Shown here piece by piece: positions 26,743 to 36,028 of a stretch of DNA of 36,028 nt (the stretch's first letter is position 1; every line of letters starts with the position of its first letter). The notes under the pieces were generated by a model. It was given only the letters and a program-made list of their open reading frames with translations, searched no databases and was not told the DNA's origin. The stretch spans positions 1 through 36,028 of the forward strand of contig JBNJGP010000020.1 of assembly GCA_051747805.1 (NCBI GenBank), written 5' to 3'. The position numbers were made by a program, and so were the translations under genes. This DNA comes from Candidatus Muiribacteriota bacterium (GTDB lineage: Bacteria > Muiribacteriota > Muiribacteriia > Muiribacteriales > Muiribacteriaceae).

Positions 26743-27363
26743 ATGAATATAAAGTGGTACGGACAATCATGTTTTTTAATAACAATAAACAATTTTAAAA
26801 TAGTTACCGACCCTTTTGGGAACGTCGTCAACTATACTCTCCCTACTGTTAAACCTGAATTAATTACAGTAAGCCATTATCACGACGATCATGCTGATTC
26901 TGAATTTTTAAAAAAAGCCCCAGTTCTTGATTTCAATACACCATTTTTCAAAAAAAATAAAATTGAAATAAACGGTTTTAAATCATTTCATGACAAATGC
27001 AAAGGAAAAGAACGTGGTAAAAATTTTATTTTTAAATTTAATATTGATACCCTTTCAATTATCCACCTAGGCGACCTCGGACATAACCTGCCAAAAACAA
27101 TGGAAAATACAAGTTGTGATATTCTGCTGGCCCCCTTTGGCGGATTTTATACTATTGATGGTTATAAATCATATGAAATTGCTCAAAAATTAAATTCGAA
27201 AATTCTTATCCCTATGCATTATAAAACAGAGTGGATTGATTTTGATTTAAAAAAACTACAAGATTATAATTTAAGCTTTGAAAAACTTCCAGAATTAAAT
27301 ATTTCTGATAAATCGCTTCTTCCCGATAAATTAACCTTAATTAAGCTCAATGTCAGCATTTAA
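26743..27363 (+). CDS. MBL-fold metallo-hydrolase
   Basis: WYGQSCF, TDPF, SHYHDDH, HLGDLGH, IPMHY. Confidence 0.88.
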   Translation: MNIKWYGQSCFLITINNFKIVTDPFGNVVNYTLPTVKPELITVSHYHDDHADSEFLKKAPVLDFNTPFFKKNKIEINGFKSFHDKCKGKERGKNFIFKFNIDTLSIIHLGDLGHNLPKTMENTSCDILLAPFGGFYTIDGYKSYEIAQKLNSKILIPMHYKTEWIDFDLKKLQDYNLSFEKLPELNISDKSLLPDKLTLIKLNVSI

Positions 27364-28800
27364 TTTATCAACTTCATCATCAATCTCATTTTTAATAAGC
27401 TCTATTGCCTCATCCTCATAGTAAATAGATAGTGTTTTTAAAACAATCTGCATACATTTTGTTTCCATATCATCAATTATTTGTAAAAAGTCTTTTTCAT
27501 CCATATACGTTTTGAGTTTATTTAAAATCGGTTTTTTCCTAAAATATTCAAGAGCTTTTATATTTCTCAAATTAAGCTCTTGATTGTTAATTTTTTTAAT
27601 TTCAGAAATCTTTTTTTTATAATATTTTATAAGTTTTTCAACCGAAAGACACACATCATTTATATCATTTTCTGTCATTTCAGGAAATATTGGAAGTGAT
27701 ATTTCTTTACTATACTCAGAATATGCATTGGAAAAGTCCTGAGGTGAAAAACTAAATTTATTTTTATAATAATGGTGAAGATGCAGAGGAATAAAATGAA
27801 CACTTGTTCCAATATTTTCAGCCTTTAAAGCCTCAATAAATTCTTTGCGGTCGGTCTGCAGCTTAGAAAAATCAATTCTCAAGGGATAAAGATGCCATGA
27901 ATGCCGAGAATCAGGAAGTTCTGCTGGAGTTTGAATCTCTTCTAAAGTCTTAAACAAAGCATTATACTTCTGAGCAATTATTTTCCTTTTATGCCAGTTT
28001 TTTTCCAGTTTATTCAACTGATGAATACCAATAGCAGCCTGTATATCACTCATATTATACTTATAGCCACAACTGGTAATCTGATAGTACCAGCTACCTT
28101 CCTTTGTATAACGGTTCCAGGCATCTCTTGATATTCCATGCAGGCTCATAAGTTTAATTCTTTCCGCAAACTCATCGTTTTCAGTAGTAATCATACCACC
28201 TTCTCCACAACATAAATTTTTAGTTGAATAAAAAGAAAAGCATGTAATATCGGCAATTTTTCCGATTTTTATACCGTTAAAATCCGCCTCCACAGCGTGG
28301 GCGGCATCAGAAATCACATATATACCATTATTTTTAGCTATTTCCATTATTTTATCCATTTCACATGATAATCCCGCAAAATGAACCGGTATAACAGCTT
28401 TTGTTTTTGAAGAAATATTTTCTTTTATTTTTTCAGGAGAAATATTCATAGTTTCTTTATCTATATCAGCAAAAATAACTTTCCCACCCATATGTTCTAT
28501 CACGTTTGCAGTTGCGGCAAAAGTATAAGGAGTTGTTATAACCTCGTCGCCCGGATTTATACCAACTGCCTCAAGTGCAAGGTGAAGAGCAGCAGTACAG
28601 GAGTTAAGGGCAACTGAGTGTTTTATGCCTATGTACTCAGAAAAATTTTTTTGAAACTCAATAACTTTTGGACCTGTTGTTATCCATCCGGAAAGAAGAG
28701 TATCCTTTACTTCTCTGATTTCCTCAGGTCCTATATTAACTTTATGGAAAGGCAGAAAATTTTTCCTTACAGGTTCTCCACCATTCAGCGCAATTTTCAT
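27337..28800 (-). CDS. DegT/DnrJ/EryC1/StrS aminotransferase with C-terminal extension
   Basis: NSCTAALHL, DAAHA, FSFYSTKNLCCGEGG, GYKYNMSD, SVHFIPLH. Confidence 0.9.
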   Translation of the reverse strand: MKIALNGGEPVRKNFLPFHKVNIGPEEIREVKDTLLSGWITTGPKVIEFQKNFSEYIGIKHSVALNSCTAALHLALEAVGINPGDEVITTPYTFAATANVIEHMGGKVIFADIDKETMNISPEKIKENISSKTKAVIPVHFAGLSCEMDKIMEIAKNNGIYVISDAAHAVEADFNGIKIGKIADITCFSFYSTKNLCCGEGGMITTENDEFAERIKLMSLHGISRDAWNRYTKEGSWYYQITSCGYKYNMSDIQAAIGIHQLNKLEKNWHKRKIIAQKYNALFKTLEEIQTPAELPDSRHSWHLYPLRIDFSKLQTDRKEFIEALKAENIGTSVHFIPLHLHHYYKNKFSFSPQDFSNAYSEYSKEISLPIFPEMTENDINDVCLSVEKLIKYYKKKISEIKKINNQELNLRNIKALEYFRKKPILNKLKTYMDEKDFLQIIDDMETKCMQIVLKTLSIYYEDEAIELIKNEIDDEVDKLNADIELN

Positions 28801-28835
28801 AAATATTCCTTTTTAAGTTTCTATTCTTAAAGCGG

Positions 28836-31580
28836 CTAATAAATATATGGTATGATAGCTTCATTTTTTTCATTCAGAATTTCTTTCTGATTTTTTTTGT
28901 CAATAATATCAATAATATTAAGCCCCAGATTATGTTCTTTTGCCCCGCCAAAACTCCATTCAGAACGTTCTTTTTCAACATTTCTTATTCTTGAGGGCAG
29001 ATTATGTCCGTCCTGTCCCATAATCGCAACAATAAAACCAGCCTCTTCAAGAGAAAATTTAAAATTCTCCCGACTTACTCTTATAATAATATTAGATTCT
29101 ATTTTATCAACCCAGACGTCCAGAGCATGAATTTTATTTATTTTTTCGCCATTTTCATAGAAAATCAAATCACGTTTCCAGCCTTCTACAGAAATCGCAT
29201 ATTCGTAATTGCCCGCGGCACAGGCGCCACGATTTTCCAGCAATTGAGTTTTAAGTGAATCTTCAGTTGTATTTATATATATATCAAGTGTCTGTAAAGA
29301 AAAACCAGTTGGTCCATCCCATATATTTTCAATATTTTCAACTCCTGCAATAAAATAATAATATTTACTATCTTTACCAACCTCAAAATAAGTAAGGTCA
29401 AAAGTCCCCTCAGAAAAGATATTATTTTCGGGATATACATAATGACCAGGACCATAATCATCTCCTATACTATCATCAAAGGAACGTACTATTTCAATAT
29501 TATCCTTAATAGAATATTTAACAGGGACAAATTTATCCCCCGGAAGACTGATAAATGTTTCTCCATAATAATCAACTTTTATTCTGGAAATTTTTTCAAA
29601 AATAACTCCCTCTATAATATTATTATCATATTCAAAATGAGTATCTTTTAACTCAATTTGAGTTGAATCTGTTGAAAAAACAACCCTGTCAATATCTTTT
29701 TCTTCAATATCAGATGAAAACTCAAGGAGAAAATAAAAATTATCTTTATAGGTGGTGTATCTAAACTGTTCAGGAAAATTCCCCGTTCTAGCCATAACAC
29801 CGGAATTTTCAGAGTTCCTAATACTATATGCCTTGTCCCAGTTTTTATCTAATTTTGCGTTAATTTCTGGTTTGAAAAATTTTTGGAGTTGATTTTCGTT
29901 TGCACTTTCAGATTGAATAATTGGCATATCAAGGTAATCGGGATAATCAACCCCACAGAAATAATATATGTTTTTTAATGTTTCCCTGAACATTCTATCA
30001 AAAAAAGCATCATTACCGGAATCCTGTCTGTCACCAAACCACCAGAACCAGTCTGAACCTTCTGCTTTCATAATTAATCTCGTAACTTTTTCTTTATTTT
30101 TATCTGAAAGTCTATAAAATACAGAATTCACAACTTCTCTAGCCTCTTTTAGATAATTCCAGGCCACATTAGACTCCTCTTCCCCTATCCATATAGCAAA
30201 ATCGGCATTAATCCACGAACCAGGCCACAACTCTTTTATAACTCCCTTTTTTGGACTACTTTTTAAATAATCGCTCAGTAAAACTGTTTGAAAGTTATCA
30301 TCATTTGATAAAAATGAATAAAACTCTTTAAAAAAATATATTCCATTTTTTTCATAATTCTGCCAGGCATTTTCACCGTCAAGAACTATTGTTATTATGT
30401 GTTCTTCAGGATTATCCAGAGATTCTTTTATTGAATAAAGAGTTTCTGCAAACTCTGCCACAGCCTCTTTTGACGACATTTGGGCATACTCAAAGCCAAG
30501 GTTATCAGAAAGAATACTATCTCTGAAAAAAATATTAACTTCTTTATTATTCCCTTTAACTACATAAGGTTTATATAAACTGGAGGCGTTTTGGGGTACA
30601 CCATTATTATCTCTTGAAAAGTTTTCGCCAGTAGAACGTGAAAGTACCTCGTCTCCGGTTAAAAGAAAAGACACATTCTCCTGAGCATACAAGTCAATTG
30701 TATCTTTACTCACAGATCCTTCTGCCGGCCACATTCCGGCTGGTCTCTTTCCAAATCTAACAGTATGAAATTCAAGAGCTTGAGATAAATGTGCGTGCGC
30801 AGACTCCGGCTCAGAATATTTTTCTGGTAGCTTCATTCCCGGATAAGATTTCTGGGCAATACTATTATCATATATTAGAGGAAGTATTGGATGAAAAAAA
30901 GGAGTCGCCATAATTTCAATTCTTCCTCTATTTTGAAGCTTACGATGAAGCGGTATTATCGAGGCCATAATCTTTTTTTGAATATGCAGAAGTTCTTTTA
31001 TATCATCATCGTTGAAGTTTTTTTCTTTCTGCCATAACCTGTCTACTTTGTGCCGGAGTTCGGGATTAAACCATGCCAGATTAAACCATACAAGTAAATC
31101 TCTTAAATCCTGAGAGCTGAAACGGGAAATAATTTTTTCATCCACTTCAGAATTATTCATTCCCCTTTTTTCTAAAAATTTCAGGTAGGGGGGGATTTTA
31201 AAAATGACATTTTCCCGGTGAGCATCAAAAGCTCTTTCTAAAATAAATTTCTTTTCTGTATAAGTGAAATTTTCTGGATTTTTCTGCATAAGTATAGTAA
31301 AAATATCTTCTGCATCATTAAAAACATAGTCTTCTATCTGAGAAAGAAGCGAAGGTACCATATTAATATTTAACTTTATTCCGGGATAGTCTTGAATAAC
31401 ATCTACCATATAAACATAATCTTTTATTGAATGCAGCCTAACCCAGGGCGCCTGATAAATTCCATCAAGATTGTAATCAGGTTGATGATGATGCCAAACA
31501 ATAGCGACATTTAAACTGGAAGCATGAGAAAAAAAAGCAAACAGCACTCCAAATATAATAATAAAATAGAGCTTTTTCAA
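28836..31580 (-). CDS. Secreted GH57 amylopullulanase-like enzyme with C-terminal glucodextranase-type DOMON domain
   Basis: Signal peptide; WHHHQP, HPILPL, MWPAEGSV, LDGENAW, AEGSDWFWW; C-terminal DDYGPGHYVYP and GFSLQTLDIYI. TTG start after GGAGG. Confidence 0.88.
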   Translation of the reverse strand: MKKLYFIIIFGVLFAFFSHASSLNVAIVWHHHQPDYNLDGIYQAPWVRLHSIKDYVYMVDVIQDYPGIKLNINMVPSLLSQIEDYVFNDAEDIFTILMQKNPENFTYTEKKFILERAFDAHRENVIFKIPPYLKFLEKRGMNNSEVDEKIISRFSSQDLRDLLVWFNLAWFNPELRHKVDRLWQKEKNFNDDDIKELLHIQKKIMASIIPLHRKLQNRGRIEIMATPFFHPILPLIYDNSIAQKSYPGMKLPEKYSEPESAHAHLSQALEFHTVRFGKRPAGMWPAEGSVSKDTIDLYAQENVSFLLTGDEVLSRSTGENFSRDNNGVPQNASSLYKPYVVKGNNKEVNIFFRDSILSDNLGFEYAQMSSKEAVAEFAETLYSIKESLDNPEEHIITIVLDGENAWQNYEKNGIYFFKEFYSFLSNDDNFQTVLLSDYLKSSPKKGVIKELWPGSWINADFAIWIGEEESNVAWNYLKEAREVVNSVFYRLSDKNKEKVTRLIMKAEGSDWFWWFGDRQDSGNDAFFDRMFRETLKNIYYFCGVDYPDYLDMPIIQSESANENQLQKFFKPEINAKLDKNWDKAYSIRNSENSGVMARTGNFPEQFRYTTYKDNFYFLLEFSSDIEEKDIDRVVFSTDSTQIELKDTHFEYDNNIIEGVIFEKISRIKVDYYGETFISLPGDKFVPVKYSIKDNIEIVRSFDDSIGDDYGPGHYVYPENNIFSEGTFDLTYFEVGKDSKYYYFIAGVENIENIWDGPTGFSLQTLDIYINTTEDSLKTQLLENRGACAAGNYEYAISVEGWKRDLIFYENGEKINKIHALDVWVDKIESNIIIRVSRENFKFSLEEAGFIVAIMGQDGHNLPSRIRNVEKERSEWSFGGAKEHNLGLNIIDIIDKKNQKEILNEKNEAIIPYIY

Positions 31581-31599
31581 GGTTACCTCCCGAAAAACT

Positions 31600-31992
31600 T
31601 TATTGAACTAACCCATTCTTGATTAACCAGTCTATATTAATGCTTTTTCCCTTAATTGATTTTTCTTCGGCTATTTTTTGATAATAAATTTTTTCAAAAC
31701 CCTCTTTTCTGAGCACTTCCATCATTTCTTTTACGTCATCTGGGTCCCGGTTGGTTTCTTTTGCTGTTTTATCAGCAGACCAGCCTCTAAGCATATTTTT
31801 CCATAAATTATCTATGCAGCCGGAGGTCCAGGGACGCATAGGCTTCAAATCAACTTTCACTGAAGATTTTTTTTGTATTTCATTGAATCTGTCTTTGAAG
31901 ATTTTTCTACATTTATTACTTTCGCAGACAAAAAGCTCATTACTATCAAGCTCGGGAATGAATTCACCGCATATTTTACAATATCCCTCCAT
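31600..31992 (-). CDS. Hypothetical Zn-finger + putative HTH protein; paralog of 7220..7702
   Basis: CKIC..CESNKC; RPWTSGCIDNL...WSADKTAKETNR; GGAGGAG SD. Confidence 0.8.
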   Translation of the reverse strand: MEGYCKICGEFIPELDSNELFVCESNKCRKIFKDRFNEIQKKSSVKVDLKPMRPWTSGCIDNLWKNMLRGWSADKTAKETNRDPDDVKEMMEVLRKEGFEKIYYQKIAEEKSIKGKSINIDWLIKNGLVQ

Positions 31993-32029
31993 GCAAGCTC
32001 CTCCCGGAATTATTAAATTAATTTAAACT

Positions 32030-32088
32030 ATTTTAGAGGTAGTAAATAAAAAAGTCAAGTTCACTTTTTTTTAAAGTTTTGTTATAAT
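32030..32088. promoter_or_regulatory. Back-to-back divergent sigma70 promoters
   Basis: Minus: TTGACT (32058-32053)-17-TAAAAT (32035-32030). Plus: TTCACT (32060-32065), 17-nt spacer ending in TGn, TATAAT (32083-32088). Confidence 0.65.
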
Positions 32089-32095
32089 TTTTTTT

Positions 32096-33232
32096 ATGTA
32101 TATTAAAAAAACAAATATTGAAAAACTTTATAATCCGAATAAAGGAATTAGATACAATACTCTTAAAGAGCTGGTACGGTCTGATAAATCATATGCAATA
32201 CCTGTACTTCGTAAGTTTATACTAATAGAAAAAGATAATGACCTTTTATTTTTTGCAAGAAAAAGCCTTGACCTTTTAAGCTCAAAAATTAAAAAAAATA
32301 TTTCAACTATGGACCTTTCTGATCACGAATTCATCGAAACTTTGTTCAGCGGAAATAATGCCTCAAAAATTGATGTAATTCAAAAAGCTATCAAACTGGG
32401 AAAGAAAAAATTTTTTAATCATATTAAAGCTAAACTCAGCCAGGAAAAGGATTATTTTGTAATTGCTACCCTTGTCAAAGCAATAGGATATCTTGGCGAT
32501 AAAAACAATGCTGCAGAAATTTTGCTTCCATATCTAAAACATAAAGACTGCAGAGTAAGGGCAAACACCTGTGAAGCACTCGCAGTTTGTCTGAAAGATG
32601 AGGCTTTTAATTTTATTTTTCCAATGATTAATGACCCCAACCCACGTGTTAAGGTGACTGCCGCTAATTATATAATTAATCACTCAAACGAACATGATAT
32701 TGACAATATTCTTGAAAAAATGGCTATCAGCAAAAGACTATCTGATAAATCAGCAATTTTATTTTTAATTGATAAAATTCAATCTCCCAGATATTCTTCT
32801 CTTTTACTAACACTATCAAGAGATAAAAATGAAAGTATTTCCCGTCAGGCTACGCGAATTCTTGAAAAAATTAACCGTATAAATATTGATGAAAAACATA
32901 TTGATGAATTTGAAATGCTTTCCAGAGTTGATAAAAATAAATTTAATAATGAAAAAAAAGATGCTTCAGATAAAAAATCACAAGATACATATTACCTGCT
33001 TATTGAAAAACTGCACAGTGAAAAAAACCCAGACGAATTAAAAAAAATTATTTTAAACCTTGAAAAACTCGGCGATGTCAGAGCCTGTGAGGAACTGAAA
33101 AAAGTAAACTCCGACAGTAAAGTTGTGAGTTATTTTTTAAACAGAGCTTTAAATAAATTAAAAAAATCCAGAAAAAAAATTATTATTTGTCCGAACTGCT
33201 CATTTCAAATAAGGAAGGAGTCCTGTGAATAA
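32096..33232 (+). CDS. HEAT/PBS-lyase-like repeat protein
   Basis: EKDYFVIATLVKAIG, LKHKDCRVRANTCEAL, DPNPRVKVTAA; C-terminal CPNC. Confidence 0.8.
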   Translation: MYIKKTNIEKLYNPNKGIRYNTLKELVRSDKSYAIPVLRKFILIEKDNDLLFFARKSLDLLSSKIKKNISTMDLSDHEFIETLFSGNNASKIDVIQKAIKLGKKKFFNHIKAKLSQEKDYFVIATLVKAIGYLGDKNNAAEILLPYLKHKDCRVRANTCEALAVCLKDEAFNFIFPMINDPNPRVKVTAANYIINHSNEHDIDNILEKMAISKRLSDKSAILFLIDKIQSPRYSSLLLTLSRDKNESISRQATRILEKINRINIDEKHIDEFEMLSRVDKNKFNNEKKDASDKKSQDTYYLLIEKLHSEKNPDELKKIILNLEKLGDVRACEELKKVNSDSKVVSYFLNRALNKLKKSRKKIIICPNCSFQIRKESCE

Positions 33233-34067
33233 CACCATAGAATCAATATTCTCAATAAAAAAAAATGATAGAAAACGTGGGCTTATACAACTTTGCTCTG
33301 CAGGATTTGATAACTTGTCTTTTGATGAAATAAAAAAAATTCATGCGCAGATAAAAAAGATTATTGATAATGATTCTGCTGATATTACTTTTTTTGCCAG
33401 AAAAGCTCTAATGAAAATTGAAGAATTTGAAAAAAATAATAATATAAAAATAGAACCCTCTATAACTGATGAAATTTACAATAAAAAAGCCTCTGAATTA
33501 ATTAATTTATTATCTGCCGATGAAAAATTAATTAGAATAAACGCAATATATGCTTTGGCCAAAACTGGAACTTCTGATGAACATATAAATGCTTTGGAAC
33601 TTTTTGCTGAAAGTGCTGGCGAGGACGAAGCTTCCCTTGCCATTGATTCAATCAGCGCAATAAAAAAATTTATTGCAGAAAAAAAGAAAAAGGAAAAAGA
33701 ACGAACTGATAGACGAGAACAGACTCTTAAGAGTTTAAATAAAACAAAAAAAGAAAAAACACAAAAAAATATAAATAAAAGTTTTGTAAATAAACCCTAT
33801 TCAATATCATCAAAAAATCAAAAAAAACAGCCTGCTTTAATAAAATTTTATAAACTCTCTTCTATTTCGTTTATTTCTATAATTATTGTTGTTTTTATAT
33901 ATTTAACTTTTTTTTTACCTGTAAACATTCCCAAAAATTCGAAACTTTTATATTTAAACCGTTATTCTCTTTCTCCCGTTTATATTTATAAAAATGATAA
34001 TTCTGTTAAGATGATAAGATTAAGAATTACAATCAGTGGCTGGGAGGAAATTATTATATATGAATAA
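33225..34067 (+). CDS. HEAT-like repeat protein with one C-proximal TM helix
   Basis: DEKLIRINAIYALAKTG; hydrophobic ISFISIIIVVFIYLTFFL; GTG start after AAGGAG. Confidence 0.65.
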   Translation: MNNTIESIFSIKKNDRKRGLIQLCSAGFDNLSFDEIKKIHAQIKKIIDNDSADITFFARKALMKIEEFEKNNNIKIEPSITDEIYNKKASELINLLSADEKLIRINAIYALAKTGTSDEHINALELFAESAGEDEASLAIDSISAIKKFIAEKKKKEKERTDRREQTLKSLNKTKKEKTQKNINKSFVNKPYSISSKNQKKQPALIKFYKLSSISFISIIIVVFIYLTFFLPVNIPKNSKLLYLNRYSLSPVYIYKNDNSVKMIRLRITISGWEEIIIYE

Positions 34068-34677
34068 TATGCTTTATTTTGAGCAGAGGGCCAGAAATCA
34101 GGGCGCCTCAATAATTGCAGGTTTAGATGAAGTAGGGAGAGGTCCTTTGGCCGGCCCGGTTGTGGCATGCGCAATTATTTTAAAGCCTGATTATTTTAAT
34201 CCAGAAATTAATGATTCAAAAAAACTATCCCCCAGAGATAGAAAATCCTTATATAAGGAAATAGTCTCAAATGCGATAAGTTATTCAGTACAGGAAGTTT
34301 CCCACAATATAATTGATAAAATAAATATTTTACAGGCTACAAAACAGGCTATGATAAAATGTATAAAAGGGTTAGAATTTATTCCAGACTATATTTTAAC
34401 AGACCATGTTAATTTACCTATATCTATTCCCCAGAATAATATAAAAAAGGGTGACTCAAAAAGCCTTTCAATTGCCTCTGCCTCAATTGTGGCAAAAGTA
34501 TACAGAGACGAAAAGATGAAATCTTATTCAAAACAGTTTCCAGGTTATGACTTTGAAAAAAATATGGGATATGGAACTAAATCACATTTAGAGGCTCTCA
34601 AAAAAATGGGTGCCTGCTCAATTCACAGAAAAAGTTTTTCTCCGGTAAAATATTTGTTTGAAAACAATTTATTCTAA
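34060..34677 (+). CDS. rnhB: Ribonuclease HII
   Basis: GLDEVGRGPLAGPVVA, NDSKKL, KGD..S.SIASASIVAKV.RD, GYGT, HRKSF. Start uncertain (34060 or 34069). Confidence 0.95.
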   Translation: MNNMLYFEQRARNQGASIIAGLDEVGRGPLAGPVVACAIILKPDYFNPEINDSKKLSPRDRKSLYKEIVSNAISYSVQEVSHNIIDKINILQATKQAMIKCIKGLEFIPDYILTDHVNLPISIPQNNIKKGDSKSLSIASASIVAKVYRDEKMKSYSKQFPGYDFEKNMGYGTKSHLEALKKMGACSIHRKSFSPVKYLFENNLF

Positions 34678-35277
34678 AGACTGCCCGTAACTTTTAACAG
34701 GTTCTTTGTCGCTGGTTTTCATGAGGGCACTGTAAACATATTCAAATAAGAGATCTTTTGTTGTTGCGTCTGCCGGATAAGTCGCGTAGGCAATTCTAAT
34801 CTTACTTGTATTTTTATCAAGAACCGACTGGGCTAAATTCTTTTTAATACGACTCACAACAGTATGAGTTGATTTTTCATCAGCCTCAGTAATTAAAATA
34901 TTCACCTGTCCTTTTGAATTACCTGCAACAATAAAATCAACAATTCTTAAAGTTCTTTTCATTATGCTGATAAGCACAAGCTCTACTTCTTTTTTATTAA
35001 CAGAATCCTCAAGCAGCCTGGAATAATCAATAACCATAAAAGTAAATCCAAACTGATATCTTTCTGCCTTTTCTATTTCAACGTTTAAAAGATGGTCAAG
35101 ATGTTTATGAAAATAAACTTGCGAAACCTCATCGGGCTTTTCCTGAATATCTTTTTCATTTTGGCTTTCCAAAATTTTATTTTTTAAAAAAAAATTTTTA
35201 AAATTAAAAAAAATTAAAAACGAAAACAATAAATTTAATATCAATAAAATACTGATAATAACTTCAAAATAATTCAT
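34669..35277 (-). CDS. Membrane-anchored degenerate GGDEF-like protein
   Basis: TM; EIEKAERY..FTFMVID, LRIVDFI, IAYATYPAD..LF..V.SAL. The GGDEF position reads GNSKG. Confidence 0.65.
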   Translation of the reverse strand: MNYFEVIISILLILNLLFSFLIFFNFKNFFLKNKILESQNEKDIQEKPDEVSQVYFHKHLDHLLNVEIEKAERYQFGFTFMVIDYSRLLEDSVNKKEVELVLISIMKRTLRIVDFIVAGNSKGQVNILITEADEKSTHTVVSRIKKNLAQSVLDKNTSKIRIAYATYPADATTKDLLFEYVYSALMKTSDKEPVKSYGQSLE

Positions 35278-35313
35278 ATTTCTATTTTATTTCTTTTTTT
35301 TTTAATTGCAACC

Positions 35314-35342
35314 TTGACATACCATAATTTTTTATATATATT
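35314..35342 (+). promoter_or_regulatory. sigma70 promoter of the LexA-like gene
   Basis: TTGACA-17-TATATT. Confidence 0.55.
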
Positions 35343-35372
35343 TATTTATATATAAATTATTAGGGTAATAAA

Positions 35373-35900
35373 ATGATTAATCTAACAGAGAAACAACATA
35401 ATTTTTTAACTAATATAATGACTTTTCAAAAGAAACAGGGGTATCCACCCAGTATTTCTGATTTATGTAAGATTCTTGGAGTTTCAATTGGTACTGTTCA
35501 GCAGTATTTTTTTGCCCTTGAAAAAAAGGGGTATATAAAAAGAGAAAACAATAAGGGACGCGGTTTAAAAATAACAGCGGGATTTTCATATACAGACGAA
35601 AATTATATTAATATTCCTATAATCTCAGATAAACTTCCCGATAAACAATCTTTTTTTTCCAGAGAAAATATTATAGGGAATTTTAAATTTCCGGACGGAC
35701 TTTTTCCTGAAAAAAAAATTTATTCTGTTTTTATAAAAAAGAATTTTATTTTATTTACTCCGTTAAAAAACAAAAAAAATGTTAAAAAAAATTCTTTATT
35801 CCTCATTATATTTGAGGGTGAAATGCTCATAAAAAAGGGTGAACTTCCAAAAAAGGCGGATTTACTTGGTAAAGTTATTTATGTTTTATCAAGAAAATAA
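35373..35900 (+). CDS. LexA-like winged-helix repressor with degenerate peptidase domain
   Basis: LTEKQ...GYPPSISDL...LEKKGYIKR...RGL DNA-binding domain; no Ala-Gly site or GDSM motif visible. Confidence 0.75.
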   Translation: MINLTEKQHNFLTNIMTFQKKQGYPPSISDLCKILGVSIGTVQQYFFALEKKGYIKRENNKGRGLKITAGFSYTDENYINIPIISDKLPDKQSFFSRENIIGNFKFPDGLFPEKKIYSVFIKKNFILFTPLKNKKNVKKNSLFLIIFEGEMLIKKGELPKKADLLGKVIYVLSRK

Positions 35901-35940
35901 TCCTGAACACCGAGAGAGAGGGTTTAACAATCTGAGAAAA

Positions 35941-35966
35941 AAGGGAGGGCAAAAGAAACCTCCCTT
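35941..35966. terminator. Probable intrinsic terminator hairpin
   Basis: AAGGGAGG-10 nt-CCTCCCTT, with an A-run before and T-rich sequence after; 40 nt downstream of the stop. Confidence 0.55.
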
Positions 35967-35999
35967 ATTTCTCGTTTTCCGCTTTCATCTGCAACTTTT

Positions 36000-36028
36000 T
36001 GCTCTCATTGCTTTCACTTCTTACTTCT
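36000..36028 (-). repeat. Part of another heptamer array at the window edge
   Basis: Plus strand ...CTCTCAT TG CTTTCAC TTCTTAC TTCT, the reverse complement of GTAAGAA GTGAAAG units. Confidence 0.5.

Noticed and set aside
1573..34174. Short ORF-track entries antisense to or nested in long genes (e.g. 1573, 3166, 3919, 5193, 8510, 10233, 12441, 13915, 14590, 16723, 20728, 21373, 25717, 26273, 28618, 28897, 29004, 29273, 29442, 31751, 32452, 33986)
   Set aside because: These are shadow ORFs overlapping well-supported CDSs, with no recognisable motifs.

Overview
AT-rich bacterial chromosomal segment, probably from an anaerobe, with about 32 CDS, mostly on the minus strand. In order: part of a legionaminic-acid-type glycan cluster (wzx-legB-legC) interrupted by a four-helix-bundle gene with inverted heptamer-repeat arms; a TPR protein and a hypothetical protein; tRNA-Pro(GGG); an HU-like gene; and a 127-bp MITE with a 9-bp target-site duplication. 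A long, tightly coupled minus-strand run follows: rnfCDGEAB, amrS, SPOR and NHL proteins, alpha-glucan ABC permeases and binding protein, glgP, aroF, ttcA-like, speD/speE. The rest holds an MBL hydrolase, a DegT aminotransferase, a secreted GH57 amylopullulanase, two HEAT-repeat genes, rnhB, a degenerate GGDEF protein and a LexA-like repressor. Most notable: (1) the heptamer-armed four-helix-bundle cassette, which could loop out of the mRNA like an intervening sequence, with related heptamer arrays and MITE fragments elsewhere in the window; (2) an apparently circularly permuted ABC sugar-binding lipoprotein beside a permease carrying inserted CBM48-like modules; (3) two paralogous Zn-finger+HTH genes; (4) a probable ATA start for wzx. 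All family assignments come from reading motifs by eye; no searches were run.
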